NCBI GenBank assembly: GCA_964584035.1 | Contig: CAZOYL010000002.1 | Location: 1-31,024, forward strand | Direction: 5' to 3' | DNA from: an uncultured Gemmatimonadota bacterium | Lineage (GTDB): Bacteria > SM23-81 | DNA length: 31,024 nucleotides | Shown: in pieces, positions 16,726 through 25,496 of the stretch | How positions within the stretch are numbered: the first letter of the stretch is position 1 | How the letters are laid out: each line of letters starts with the position of its first letter | Position numbers and translations under genes: made by a program | The notes under the pieces: generated by a model | Databases searched by the model: none | Told to the model about the DNA's origin: nothing | Seen by the model: only the letters and a program-made list of their open reading frames with translations

Positions 16726-17691
16726 TCAGGATTCGGGCTGGAGCGGTGAGAGGCCCATCAGGGCGGCGACATGCGCCTGAACCGACTCCACCAGAGCCGG
16801 GAGGTGATAGCCGCCCTCCAGCATGGAGACCACCCGGCCGCGGCAGCATTGCGAGGCGATCTGCAGGATGCTATCGGTCATCCGGGCATAGCCCTGTGAG
16901 GTCACCCGGGTGGCCGACAGGGGGTCGTCGCGGTGGGCATCGAAGCCGGCCGAGATGAGCACGAATTGCGGTTTAAAATCCAGGGCTGCCGGAAGCAGCT
17001 CGTTTCGGAAAACCCGCAGATACTCGGCATCGCCGCTGCCGGGTCCCATGGGAGCGTTCAGGGTGGTTCCCCGGCCCGGCCCGATCCCCTGTTCGGATCG
17101 GGCGCCGGTGCCCGGGTACAGCGGCCACTGATGAATGCTGAAGTAGAAGACGTCCTCATCGTCCTCGAAGGTGTGCTGCGTGGAATTGCCGTGGTGGACA
17201 TCCCAGTCCACGATCAGGACCCGGGAGAGCCGGTGAGCCGCCTGCAGATGCCGGGCGGCGATGGCGATATTATTGAACAGACAGAAGCCCATGCCCTGAG
17301 ACCGTTCGGCATGATGACCGGGAGGTCGAACGGCGCAGAAGGCGTTATCGATTCGGCCGGACAGGACGGCATCGGTGGCCGCCAGCACTCCTCCGGCGGC
17401 CAGCAGGGCGGCATGATACGATGACGGGCTGACCGGGGTGTCGGGGGAGTCGAGATAATCGTATCCCCCCTCGCAGACCTTCTTGACATGCTGGACGTAA
17501 GACGGATCGTGAACCCTGTGAATGGCCTCCAGAGATGCCTCGTTCGGCTCTATCGGGATCAGGTCGCCGTAGCGCGGGTCCTTCTGGAGGCCGTCCATGA
17601 TGGCCTCCAGGCGGGCCGGACGCTCAAAGTGACCGGGGCCGGTATCGTGCAGCAGATAATCGGGATGGTAGATCAGGCCGGTTTTGTTCAT
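16726..17691 (-). CDS. histone deacetylase-family (Zn-dependent) amidohydrolase
   Basis: HFERPARL, RPPGHHA, GFCLFNN, DWDVHHGN, SAGFDAHRDDPL and LEGGY; alternative start at 17706 (TGATG overlap). Confidence 0.93.
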   Translation of the reverse strand: MNKTGLIYHPDYLLHDTGPGHFERPARLEAIMDGLQKDPRYGDLIPIEPNEASLEAIHRVHDPSYVQHVKKVCEGGYDYLDSPDTPVSPSSYHAALLAAGGVLAATDAVLSGRIDNAFCAVRPPGHHAERSQGMGFCLFNNIAIAARHLQAAHRLSRVLIVDWDVHHGNSTQHTFEDDEDVFYFSIHQWPLYPGTGARSEQGIGPGRGTTLNAPMGPGSGDAEYLRVFRNELLPAALDFKPQFVLISAGFDAHRDDPLSATRVTSQGYARMTDSILQIASQCCRGRVVSMLEGGYHLPALVESVQAHVAALMGLSPLQPES

Positions 17692-17705
17692 GTCAAGGTT
17701 CCTCA

Positions 17706-18494
17706 TCACTGCGGCGGCAGGAGGGTCACCACCAGGTGCTGTTTCTCGTCCTCCAGCCGCACCAGCCGGCCATCCGGAGTCACCCAGCAGGTCTCCCCGA
17801 TGGGCGCCAGGTGGCAGCGGTAGGCCAGCTGTTCCGTTCCCGGGGCCGGAAGCGGGCCTCCGGGATCGATCTCCACCAGGATGTCCATCTCGGTGAGGGC
17901 CTGGGGCACGAAGATGCGCCCGGCCATCGGCTCCCCGCCGTGCAGCGGGATGAGGGCCAGCATCAACCCCCACTGCCCGATCATGTTGTTATCGACCAAA
18001 AAGATGTCGTGAAGGCGAGGCAGGATATGGCGGGATTCGGCGCCGTCCCGGAGAACGGTAGCCTCGATGGTGCTGTCGGTCAGGGCGATGTCCAGGCGCT
18101 GCCGTTCTTCGCCGAGAGCGACGTTCAGCCGGTAGGCCAGCGGACGCCCGGCGGGGGTGAACTCATAGATCCCATCCATCTTCAGACTGTCGGGCTGTCC
18201 GATGGCGCTCAGGCCGAGCTCCAGGGTGAAGTCCAGCCGGTATCCGCCGTCCTCGCCGGGATCATCCAGGGCCAGCATCTGATTCCACTGCCGCCCCACC
18301 GGCTGTCCGGCCAGCTCGAAGCGATACTCTCTGACCTCTCCCAGCGGCCAGACATCCTCCACCATTACGGCGACCTCTCCCTCCCCGCCGGCCGTTCCCT
18401 CTTCCCCGGAAGCCATGGCGGCCCCGGCCAGTAAGACCGGCCACAGCAGCAGGACGATTCCTCCCGGCCGTATGATCCTGGCAAATTTCCTCAT
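17706..18494 (-). CDS. exported hypothetical protein, beta-rich (DUF3108/DUF6134-like fold suspected)
   Basis: AGGAGGAGG RBS, signal peptide ending AMA and a C-terminal W(V)TPDGRLVRLE pattern. Confidence 0.7.
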   Translation of the reverse strand: MRKFARIIRPGGIVLLLWPVLLAGAAMASGEEGTAGGEGEVAVMVEDVWPLGEVREYRFELAGQPVGRQWNQMLALDDPGEDGGYRLDFTLELGLSAIGQPDSLKMDGIYEFTPAGRPLAYRLNVALGEERQRLDIALTDSTIEATVLRDGAESRHILPRLHDIFLVDNNMIGQWGLMLALIPLHGGEPMAGRIFVPQALTEMDILVEIDPGGPLPAPGTEQLAYRCHLAPIGETCWVTPDGRLVRLEDEKQHLVVTLLPPQ

Positions 18495-18510
18495 TCCCCC
18501 TCCTCCTGGC

Positions 18511-19458
18511 TTAAAAAACCTCGACAGCTCCCCGGCCGGCATGGGCCCACGACATCGACCGGGTGTTGAAACCGTAGCCCACCCGCCCGCGGCGGTCGAT
18601 GGCGACCAGGCCGCCCCGGCAGCCGCTCTCGGTGGCCAGCTGTATAGCCCGCCGGACCGCCCCGGGGGCCGACAGCCGGCGCATCAGATGGGCCGTTCTG
18701 GCCGCCCAGACGATCCTGATGATGGCTTCCCCATGGCCGGTGGCCGAGACCGCTCCGAAGGCATCGGCATAGGTTCCGGCCCCGACGATGGGCGTGTCGC
18801 CGACCCGTCCGGGGAGACGCAGCATCATCGCTCCGGTCGAGGTGGCGGCGGCCAGACGTCCCCGTTCATCTCTGGCCACGGCGCCCACCGTGCCGAGGGC
18901 CCCGGCGCCGATCGTGGAGGCCAGGTTCGGGAGATACGGCGGGTTGCGGCCGGCGGCCAGCCGGTCGATCATCTCCGACCACTGTTTTCGCCGCCGGGGG
19001 ACGATCGGATCATAGGGCCCAAATCCCATCCGCCGGGCAAAGCGCCTGGCTCCCCGACCCACCAGAAAGACATGGTCGGTCGACTCCATGACCATGCGGG
19101 CCACCAGGATGGGATTCTTGACGCCCTCCAGGGCCCCGACCGCCCCGCAGCGAAGATCGCCGGTCATCACGGCGGCGTCCATCTCCACCGTGCCCGACAG
19201 CGTTAGAGCCGATCCGGTGCCGCAGTTGAAGGTGGCATCGTCCTCCATCACCGTCACGGCCGTCACCACCGCATCCAGGGCCGATCCCGCGGCCAGAAGG
19301 ACCTCCTGTCCGGCCAGGACAGCCCGCCGGACGCCCCGGCGATGGGCCCGCATATCCAGCTTGCGTCCGGCCCCGCCGTGGACGATGATGCCGGGGCGAT
19401 CCAGATTCAGCCGTCCTGTTTTCATCCTGCGGATCTCCCGGGAACCGTTCTCGGCCAT
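18511..19458 (-). CDS. iaaA: isoaspartyl peptidase / plant-type L-asparaginase (Ntn hydrolase)
   Basis: IIVHGGAG, EMDAAVM, VKNPI, nucleophile GTVGAVA, ATSTG, GRVGDTP and SATGHGE; ATG overlaps the coaC stop (TGATG). Confidence 0.9.
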   Translation of the reverse strand: MAENGSREIRRMKTGRLNLDRPGIIVHGGAGRKLDMRAHRRGVRRAVLAGQEVLLAAGSALDAVVTAVTVMEDDATFNCGTGSALTLSGTVEMDAAVMTGDLRCGAVGALEGVKNPILVARMVMESTDHVFLVGRGARRFARRMGFGPYDPIVPRRRKQWSEMIDRLAAGRNPPYLPNLASTIGAGALGTVGAVARDERGRLAAATSTGAMMLRLPGRVGDTPIVGAGTYADAFGAVSATGHGEAIIRIVWAARTAHLMRRLSAPGAVRRAIQLATESGCRGGLVAIDRRGRVGYGFNTRSMSWAHAGRGAVEVF

Positions 19459-20009
19459 CACCGCTGAGAGGCGAGAACCTCATCGATTCGAGCCACGATC
19501 TCATCGATCTCGGCCAGGCGTCCCTCCCCCTCGTCTCCCCGCGCCAGACGTCCTTTTCCGGGTCCGACGAAGTGATGGCCCAGTTCCCGGAGCCGGGCGA
19601 TATTGGCCTGTACGACGGGATGATGAAACATCCGGTGATGCATCGCCGGGGCGAAGATCACCGGGCCCCGGGCCGCCAGCAGAGTGGTGGAGAGCATGTC
19701 GTCGGCGATCCCGGCGGCCGTCTTGGCGATGATGTTGGCCGTGGCCGGGGCCACCACCACCACGTCCGCCTCCTCACCCAGCCAGACGTGCTCGCCCGGC
19801 TCGTCCGTGGCGGGAGGGAACATCTCGACGTATACCGGATGCCCGGAGAGCGTCTGCAGGGTCAGCGGGGTGATAAAGCGGGCGGCATGAGGCGTCATCA
19901 CCACCAGCACTCTGGCCCCGGTCTGGGTCAGCCGGCTGACCAGGGCGGCCGACTTATAGGCGGCGATCCCGCCGGTCACGCCGACCAGTATGGTCTTGTC
20001 CTTGAGCAT
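19458..20009 (-). CDS. coaC: stand-alone phosphopantothenoylcysteine decarboxylase (HFCD flavoprotein)
   Basis: GVTGGIAAYK, FITPLTL, EHVWL, APATANIIAK, GIADD, PAMH and G.GRLAE; the clamp Cys is replaced by Arg. Confidence 0.85.
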   Translation of the reverse strand: MLKDKTILVGVTGGIAAYKSAALVSRLTQTGARVLVVMTPHAARFITPLTLQTLSGHPVYVEMFPPATDEPGEHVWLGEEADVVVVAPATANIIAKTAAGIADDMLSTTLLAARGPVIFAPAMHHRMFHHPVVQANIARLRELGHHFVGPGKGRLARGDEGEGRLAEIDEIVARIDEVLASQR

Positions 20010-20706
20010 CTATTCCTCCCCCTGAGATCCGTTTTTCGATCATCCCGAGCAGCCCCCGGGCGATCTGCTCCTTGCCCCGGTACTCTCCCTCCACGCGGCC
20101 GTCGGCGGTCACCACCAGGGCCCGGTGACGGTCATTTTGAACGTCCCTGAAATCGTTGGCCACCGTCAGATCGGCCCCGCTGCGGAGGGCCAGCTCGCGG
20201 GCCGCGGCGATCAGCTGGCGGCGGCCGGCATCCACCTCCAGCTTGAATCCCACCAGCAGGAGATCGGGATCCCACCGCTTGATCATGTCGATGATCTTGG
20301 GCGTCGGGACCAGCGTCAGGGTCCAGCGGTCCCGGCCCGAGGGCGTTTTCGCGGGACTCGCTTTCCCAGGCACATAGTCCAGAACAGCCATGGCATGAAG
20401 AACCACATCATAGGTCCCGGAGCTCAGCTCTCCGCCGATGGTCCTCATGAGATCGTCAAAGGTGGTCACGGGAAGAATCTTGAGCCGTTCTTTCCGGTCT
20501 TCCCCAAGACGTTCCGGATCGGGCCGGACACTGCCCGGGCCGCAGATATAGCTCACCTCGGCGCCCCTCTCGAGGGCCTCGGCGGCCAGAAGCGAGCCCA
20601 GCCGGCCGGAGGACGTGCTGGCCAGGTAGCGGATGGCATCGATGGGCGCCCGCAGAGGCCCCGACGTGATCAGGAAACGCTTATTGTGGAGTTTCTTCCG
20701 GTCCAT
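19954..20706 (-). CDS. coaB: stand-alone phosphopantothenate-cysteine ligase
   Basis: LITSGP...IDAIRY...SSGRLG, HAMAVLDY, PTPKII, LVGFKLE and VAND. Confidence 0.85.
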   Translation of the reverse strand: MDRKKLHNKRFLITSGPLRAPIDAIRYLASTSSGRLGSLLAAEALERGAEVSYICGPGSVRPDPERLGEDRKERLKILPVTTFDDLMRTIGGELSSGTYDVVLHAMAVLDYVPGKASPAKTPSGRDRWTLTLVPTPKIIDMIKRWDPDLLLVGFKLEVDAGRRQLIAAARELALRSGADLTVANDFRDVQNDRHRALVVTADGRVEGEYRGKEQIARGLLGMIEKRISGGGIDAQGQDHTGRRDRRDRRL

Positions 20707-20708
20707 AA

Positions 20709-21323
20709 TCAGTCCATCTCCACTTCGATCCGTCCCCGGCCCGCCGTCCGCAGCGCCTCCTTCAGCGCCTCCGCCTCGCTCCGGCGAACGGCCACGGACA
20801 GGGCGACATCTTCCCCGTATTCCTGATCGAGGATGCCGACCCGATGCTGGTCGATGATCATCCCGACCTCCCTGGTCAACTCATAGGGAAACCGCAGGCG
20901 GCATCGACGGGTGAGCACCTTTCTGGCCGGCTCGACCGAATCCAGAGCCTTTCCGGCGCATTCCCGGTAGGCCCGGGCCAGCCCCCCGGTGCCCAGTTTG
21001 ACGCCTCCGAAATACCGGGTTACGACCACCACCACATCGCTCAGGCCGGCGGCCATGATGGCCTCCAGAATGGGGCGGCCGGCGGTGCCCGACGGCTCTC
21101 CGGCATCGCTGCAGCGGGCCATGAGCTCCCGTCCGTGTCCCGCCCGGTAGGCGAAACAATGGTGGCTGGCGTCGTGATAGCGCCGGGCGATCTGCCGGAC
21201 GAACTCCCTGGCAGCCTCCTCGGTTCCTGCCGGAGCGAACGAGGCGATGAACCGGGATCCCTTGACCCTGGTCTCGGCCCCGCCGGAGCCCTTCACGGTG
21301 AGATATTCATCGGACGCGCCCAA
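20709..21323 (-). CDS. yigZ: YigZ/IMPACT family protein
   Basis: KGSRFI, ASHHCFAY, SDAGEPSGTAGRPIL and VTRYFGGVKLGTGGL.RAY. Confidence 0.93.
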   Translation of the reverse strand: MGASDEYLTVKGSGGAETRVKGSRFIASFAPAGTEEAAREFVRQIARRYHDASHHCFAYRAGHGRELMARCSDAGEPSGTAGRPILEAIMAAGLSDVVVVVTRYFGGVKLGTGGLARAYRECAGKALDSVEPARKVLTRRCRLRFPYELTREVGMIIDQHRVGILDQEYGEDVALSVAVRRSEAEALKEALRTAGRGRIEVEMD

Positions 21324-21384
21324 GGCTTCCCTTTCCCGCCGCCGGCCGGCGCCGTCGATGTCGCCGGATCACGCTCATTTCCCT

Positions 21385-21795
21385 TCAGACGAGCTCCGAC
21401 AGAGTCTTCTTGTCCACCCGGTAGGAAAACTTCTCTTCGAACTCCTCCCGAAAGTCGAACACATCCTTGAAATCCTCGATCGAATCCTGATCGGTCTTGC
21501 GCATCAGCCCGGCCTCGACCATGTTCATGACCACATGGCCGATCTCCTCGGTGGTCTTCACCCCCCAGTGCTCAAACACCAGCCGGGCGGTGGGTCCATA
21601 GCGCTCCAGGGCCAGGCATTTGAACCCCTCGAGGAGTTCCCCGCCGGTCAGGCCCCGCCGCTGTCCCAGCCGGGCGTTGGCATGGGCAAAGGCGTCCTGG
21701 ACGAACAGATAGACCTCGACCCGATAGCGCCCATCGGTCCGGACGATCCGGCGGATGATCTCCAGCGACCGGCTCAGCTCATTGAACAGACTCAC
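21385..21795 (-). CDS. Minf_1886 family protein (Plancto/Verruco conserved hypothetical)
   Basis: DGRY..EVY.FV, L(T)G.ELL.G...ALE.YG..A..V..HWG..TTE.IG..V..MVE.GL..K...DS..DF..VFDF pattern. Confidence 0.8.
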   Translation of the reverse strand: MSLFNELSRSLEIIRRIVRTDGRYRVEVYLFVQDAFAHANARLGQRRGLTGGELLEGFKCLALERYGPTARLVFEHWGVKTTEEIGHVVMNMVEAGLMRKTDQDSIEDFKDVFDFREEFEEKFSYRVDKKTLSELV

Positions 21796-21826
21796 CCATC
21801 ACTCCCGTCGATAAGGATGCCCGACC

Positions 21827-23032
21827 TCACCCGTCATGCCACACGCCGGCGATCGCCTCGCCGCAGAAACGGCAGCATCCATCCTGGAGGTTCATCTCGG
21901 TGATGGTATAGCCGATGCGGCCGATGACGGTCCGCCCGCACCTGGGGCAATAGGTGGCCTCGCCCGGATGACCGGGAACATTGCCCACATAGACATATCG
22001 AAGGCCCTCCTCCAGGGCGGTCCGGCGGGCCTGCTCGAGCGTTTCCACCGGCGTGGGGGGCAGGTTCTTCAACTGGTAGCGGGGCTGGAACCGGGAAAAG
22101 TGCAGGGGTACATCCGCTCCCAGGTGATCCCGCAGCCAGCGGCACATCCGGCGTATCTGGACCGGATCGTCGTTGAGCGTGGGGATGACCAGATGGGTCA
22201 CCTCCAGCCAGACCCCCTGCTGCCGGTACATCACCAGTGCGTCCAGAACGGGCTGCAGGCTGGCCGCGCAGACCTGCTGGTAGAACTCTTCGGTGAATCC
22301 CTTGAGATCCACGTTGGCGGCGTCCACGACCTGACAGAATTCCCTCTGGGGGTCCGGGCTGATATAGCCGGCCGTGACCAGCACATTTTTCAAGCCCTGC
22401 TGACGGGCCCGGCGGGCCGTCTCCACGGTATATTCGAAGAAGATGTCGGGGTCCGAATAGGTATAGGCGATGGAACGGCAGCCGGAGCCGACGGCCTCGG
22501 CGACCAGATCCTCCGGAGGCAGGTGAAGATTATGGGTCTCCTCCGGCCGCCGCTGGGAGATCTCCCAGTTCTGGCAGTTCTTGCAGTGCAGGTTACAGCC
22601 GGCCGTGGCCACCGAGAAGGCCCGGCTGGACGGCAGAAAATGGAGCAGGGGCTTTTTCTCGATGGGATCGATATGCACGGCGCAGGGATTTCCATAGACC
22701 AGTGTCATCAGGCGGCCGTCGCGCAGTTCGCGGACGCCGCAGGAGCCCCTCTGCCCATTCCCGATGATGCACCCATGGGGGCACAGCCGGCAACGGGCCC
22801 GTCCGTCCGGTAAAAGCTCATAATGCCGGGCTTCCCGGGGCTGGATGAAGCCCTGCTCCTGTTCCCGGGGTTGGTCCAGCCCGGCGGCCAGGGCTGCCCC
22901 GGGAATCACCGACAGACCCACCGAACAGCCCAGGCAGCGGGCCAGGAACTGCTGGCGGGTCAATGTGTGATCACGACAGCTGGAGCTCATCGGCGGCATC
23001 GTATGGTTCTCGTCCGGCGGGGTATCCGTCAT
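21827..23032 (-). CDS. amrS: AmmeMemoRadiSam system radical SAM enzyme with Tat-like leader
   Basis: CRLCPHGC..G.CGVR, DPIEKKPL.HF.P, GCNLHCKNCQNWEISQ, IAYTYSDP, PLHFSRF.P and YVYVGNVPG...TYCPRC. Confidence 0.95.
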   Translation of the reverse strand: MTDTPPDENHTMPPMSSSCRDHTLTRQQFLARCLGCSVGLSVIPGAALAAGLDQPREQEQGFIQPREARHYELLPDGRARCRLCPHGCIIGNGQRGSCGVRELRDGRLMTLVYGNPCAVHIDPIEKKPLLHFLPSSRAFSVATAGCNLHCKNCQNWEISQRRPEETHNLHLPPEDLVAEAVGSGCRSIAYTYSDPDIFFEYTVETARRARQQGLKNVLVTAGYISPDPQREFCQVVDAANVDLKGFTEEFYQQVCAASLQPVLDALVMYRQQGVWLEVTHLVIPTLNDDPVQIRRMCRWLRDHLGADVPLHFSRFQPRYQLKNLPPTPVETLEQARRTALEEGLRYVYVGNVPGHPGEATYCPRCGRTVIGRIGYTITEMNLQDGCCRFCGEAIAGVWHDG

Positions 23033-23036
23033 CCGG

Positions 23037-23195
23037 TCAACCGGCCAATTCTTCGGAGGTCTGGGGGGACACCCGGGGCGTCGGGGAGGATTCGCCGGCC
23101 TCCCGGCCGGCCCGATGATCCGCCAGGCCGAAAAGCGATAACAGGCCGGATGCGCCGGCCGACAAACCGTCTCTCAGAAACCGCCGGCGATTCAT
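23037..23195 (-). CDS. small protein consisting mostly of a twin-arginine signal (MNRRRFLRDGLSAGASGLLSLFGLA...)
   Basis: GGAG RBS 10 nt upstream, NRRRFL motif plus a hydrophobic stretch, fills the udk-amrS gap and ends 4 nt before the amrS ATG; alternative start 23243. Confidence 0.5.
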   Translation of the reverse strand: MNRRRFLRDGLSAGASGLLSLFGLADHRAGREAGESSPTPRVSPQTSEELAG

Positions 23196-23265
23196 GGTCG
23201 GCCGACTCCGGCCCATCCGTCGGTCTGGTTCGGTCCGTGACATCGTCCGTTCTCCCGATCTTTCC

Positions 23266-23889
23266 TCAGAGGTCGTCCAGAAGTGTGCGGATCTTGGAGA
23301 CCACCATGTCGATGGCCACCCGGTTAAACCCTCCCTCGGGGATGATGACGTCGGCATATCGGCGGGAGGGCTCCACGAACTCCAGGTGCATGGGCCGCAC
23401 GGAGCGCAGATACTGCTCGATGACGCTCTTGAAACTGCGGCCCCTCTGGATGATATCCCGGTCCAGCCGGCGGATCAGCCTGACGTCGGCGTCGGTATCG
23501 ATATAGAGCTTGATGTCCAGCATGCCCCGCAGGGTCTCGTTCTCCAGCACCATGATGCCCTCCAGGATGGTCACCGGCCGGGAGGGCACCGTGCCGGTGA
23601 GCACCTTTCGGGTGTGAGTGGTATAATCGTAGCTCAACCGGGGCACGTTCAGGCCCATCTTCAGCTGCCGCAGATGTTTCAGCAACAGATTTATGTCGAA
23701 GGAGTTGGGATGATCGTAGTTGATCTTTTCGCGCTCCTTCAGGGTCAGGTGACTGTGGTCCCGGTAATAGGCGTCCTGGGCCATGATGACGCCATCCTGG
23801 CTGCCGATCGATGACACGATTCGCTTGGCGATGGTCGTTTTCCCCGACCCGGTCCCGCCAGCGATGCCGATCAGGATCGAAGTGGCCAC
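23266..23889 (-). CDS. udk: uridine kinase
   Basis: GGAGG RBS with GTG start; IGIAGGTGSGKTT, QDAYY, INYDHP, ILEGI, RRLDRD..RGR and VRPMH..FVEPS.RYAD.IIPEG. Confidence 0.96.
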   Translation of the reverse strand: MATSILIGIAGGTGSGKTTIAKRIVSSIGSQDGVIMAQDAYYRDHSHLTLKEREKINYDHPNSFDINLLLKHLRQLKMGLNVPRLSYDYTTHTRKVLTGTVPSRPVTILEGIMVLENETLRGMLDIKLYIDTDADVRLIRRLDRDIIQRGRSFKSVIEQYLRSVRPMHLEFVEPSRRYADVIIPEGGFNRVAIDMVVSKIRTLLDDL

Positions 23890-23908
23890 AGATCCTCCGT
23901 TTTTTCGC

Positions 23909-24610
23909 TCATTTTGACTGGGATGCTCCCCCGGCGTCCCCGGCGTCCTTATGGCGGAGCCGGCCGGGACCGCCCGGCGATGTCCCTTCCTGCCGGTCCG
24001 ATCTGTCCCCGAAGATCTCGGCGCCGAAGAGATAGATCTCCGCATCCGGGTCCTGCCAGGCCGTCTCCGGTAAACCGGCCTTGAGACAGGTGTGCCGTAG
24101 AAATGTCTGGCGATCCCAACCGTATTCGGTGGCCACCTGCGGCAGCAGCAGGCCGGATCGCGGTCCCTTGCGGATATACAGGCCGTGCTCGCCGATCTTG
24201 ATCTCGGAACGGTCAGCCATCCTGCGCAACGGGGTCAGGACCGAGATCTCCACATCCAGCTCGGCCAGCTCCGCGGCCGAGACGGGGTCGAAACGGGGAT
24301 CGCCGAAAGCCGCCGCCCGGGCCATCTCGCCGACGGCCTGTTGGAGAGGCTTGAAGCCCTCGATATAGCCGATGCAGCCCCGCAGAGCACCCCGCCGGTG
24401 AAGAGTCACGAAGACGCCCCGTTTCTCACCGAGCACCGCCGAGAATGTCTCGCCGGCGCTGTCCCGGCGGCCGGAAGGTCCTTCCGGGGGCCCTCCCGAG
24501 GGTCCATCCGAAAACCTGCTCTCGATGGCGCTTCTGGCGATCTCCAGGAGCCGCCGCCGATCCCCGGGCGTCAACCGGGCCGCCGGCTGAGAAGGCTGAG
24601 CTGGTTTCAT
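23909..24610 (-). CDS. amrA: AmmeMemoRadiSam system protein A (AMMECR1 domain), cytoplasmic
   Basis: GVFVTL...LRGCIG, AAFGDPRF, EISVLTP, GLLLPQVA and KAGL; ATGA overlap with the amrB stop. Confidence 0.95.
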   Translation of the reverse strand: MKPAQPSQPAARLTPGDRRRLLEIARSAIESRFSDGPSGGPPEGPSGRRDSAGETFSAVLGEKRGVFVTLHRRGALRGCIGYIEGFKPLQQAVGEMARAAAFGDPRFDPVSAAELAELDVEISVLTPLRRMADRSEIKIGEHGLYIRKGPRSGLLLPQVATEYGWDRQTFLRHTCLKAGLPETAWQDPDAEIYLFGAEIFGDRSDRQEGTSPGGPGRLRHKDAGDAGGASQSK

Positions 24611-25473
24611 CCTGCCGATCCCCCCCGGCTGCGATAGATGGCCGCAGCCATATAGCCGACCACGTTCCGCCGGTCGCCGCTAACCTCGCCCGAGGTGGCA
24701 TAGCGCAGCACCCGCCCGCCGGTAGCGCCCATCTTTCGGGCCGCCATCATGACGGCCACCATGGGACCGCCGCCGCAGGCCTCGCCCCGGCCGGCCTGCA
24801 GTGTCTGGTGCAGTCCCTCGGGATCAAAACCGTTGACCGCCTCTAAAATGGCCCCGTCCAGGGCTCTGGCCTGATCCTCGGAATGGTAATGCGACAGGTC
24901 CGTGCTGGCCACCAGCAGAACGCCGCTCCTCCCGGCTGCCGCGGCCAGGGCATCGGCCAGCATCCGGCAGGTGGTCAGGTCCTGATCTCCCATGATCACG
25001 GGCACCAGCTGAAAGGTCTTCAGCGCCCGCTGCAGAAAGGGAAGCTGAACTTCCAGGGAATGCTCCAGGGCATGCGCCTGCGGGTAAAAATTCAACCGGT
25101 CCGATCGCTCCATGATGTCCCTGGCCAGGGAAGCGTTCACCGGCACGATGCCGAGCGGGGTGCGATAGCCGCCCCGATGATAGACCGAGGCACCGCTGAA
25201 AGCAGCCCGGTGGCTGGGGGCCACCACCACCACGTCGGGGAAGGGCCGATCCTGTATCTGGCGGTAGGCGTAGGCGGCCACCTGGCCGGAAAAGAAATAA
25301 CCGGCATGAGGCGCGATCAGGGCCAGCACCTCTCCGGGCAGCGCCTCCGGGGAAACCCGCTCGAGGTAGCCGTCGATCTCGCCGCTCAGAGCATCGCCGT
25401 CGTCGCTGTAGAACTGGCCGGCCACGACCGGAGGACGAATCTCATCGGGAGAGAGAAGGTCTGGCGGACACAT
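24607..25473 (-). CDS. amrB: AmmeMemoRadiSam system protein B (Memo), cytoplasmic
   Basis: GAGGAGG RBS; RPPVVAGQFY, PHAGY..SG, APSH, EHSLEVQLPFL, STDLSHY, ACG, YATSG and VVGY. Confidence 0.95.
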   Translation of the reverse strand: MCPPDLLSPDEIRPPVVAGQFYSDDGDALSGEIDGYLERVSPEALPGEVLALIAPHAGYFFSGQVAAYAYRQIQDRPFPDVVVVAPSHRAAFSGASVYHRGGYRTPLGIVPVNASLARDIMERSDRLNFYPQAHALEHSLEVQLPFLQRALKTFQLVPVIMGDQDLTTCRMLADALAAAAGRSGVLLVASTDLSHYHSEDQARALDGAILEAVNGFDPEGLHQTLQAGRGEACGGGPMVAVMMAARKMGATGGRVLRYATSGEVSGDRRNVVGYMAAAIYRSRGGSAG

Positions 25474-25496
25474 CGGGTCCTCCTCGCTGGAGACCA

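Noticed and set aside
24455..24510. GPSG-repeat insertion in the stand-alone AmrA
   Set aside because: It is a short low-complexity loop at a variable position. Similar disordered extensions occur in many genes in this window.
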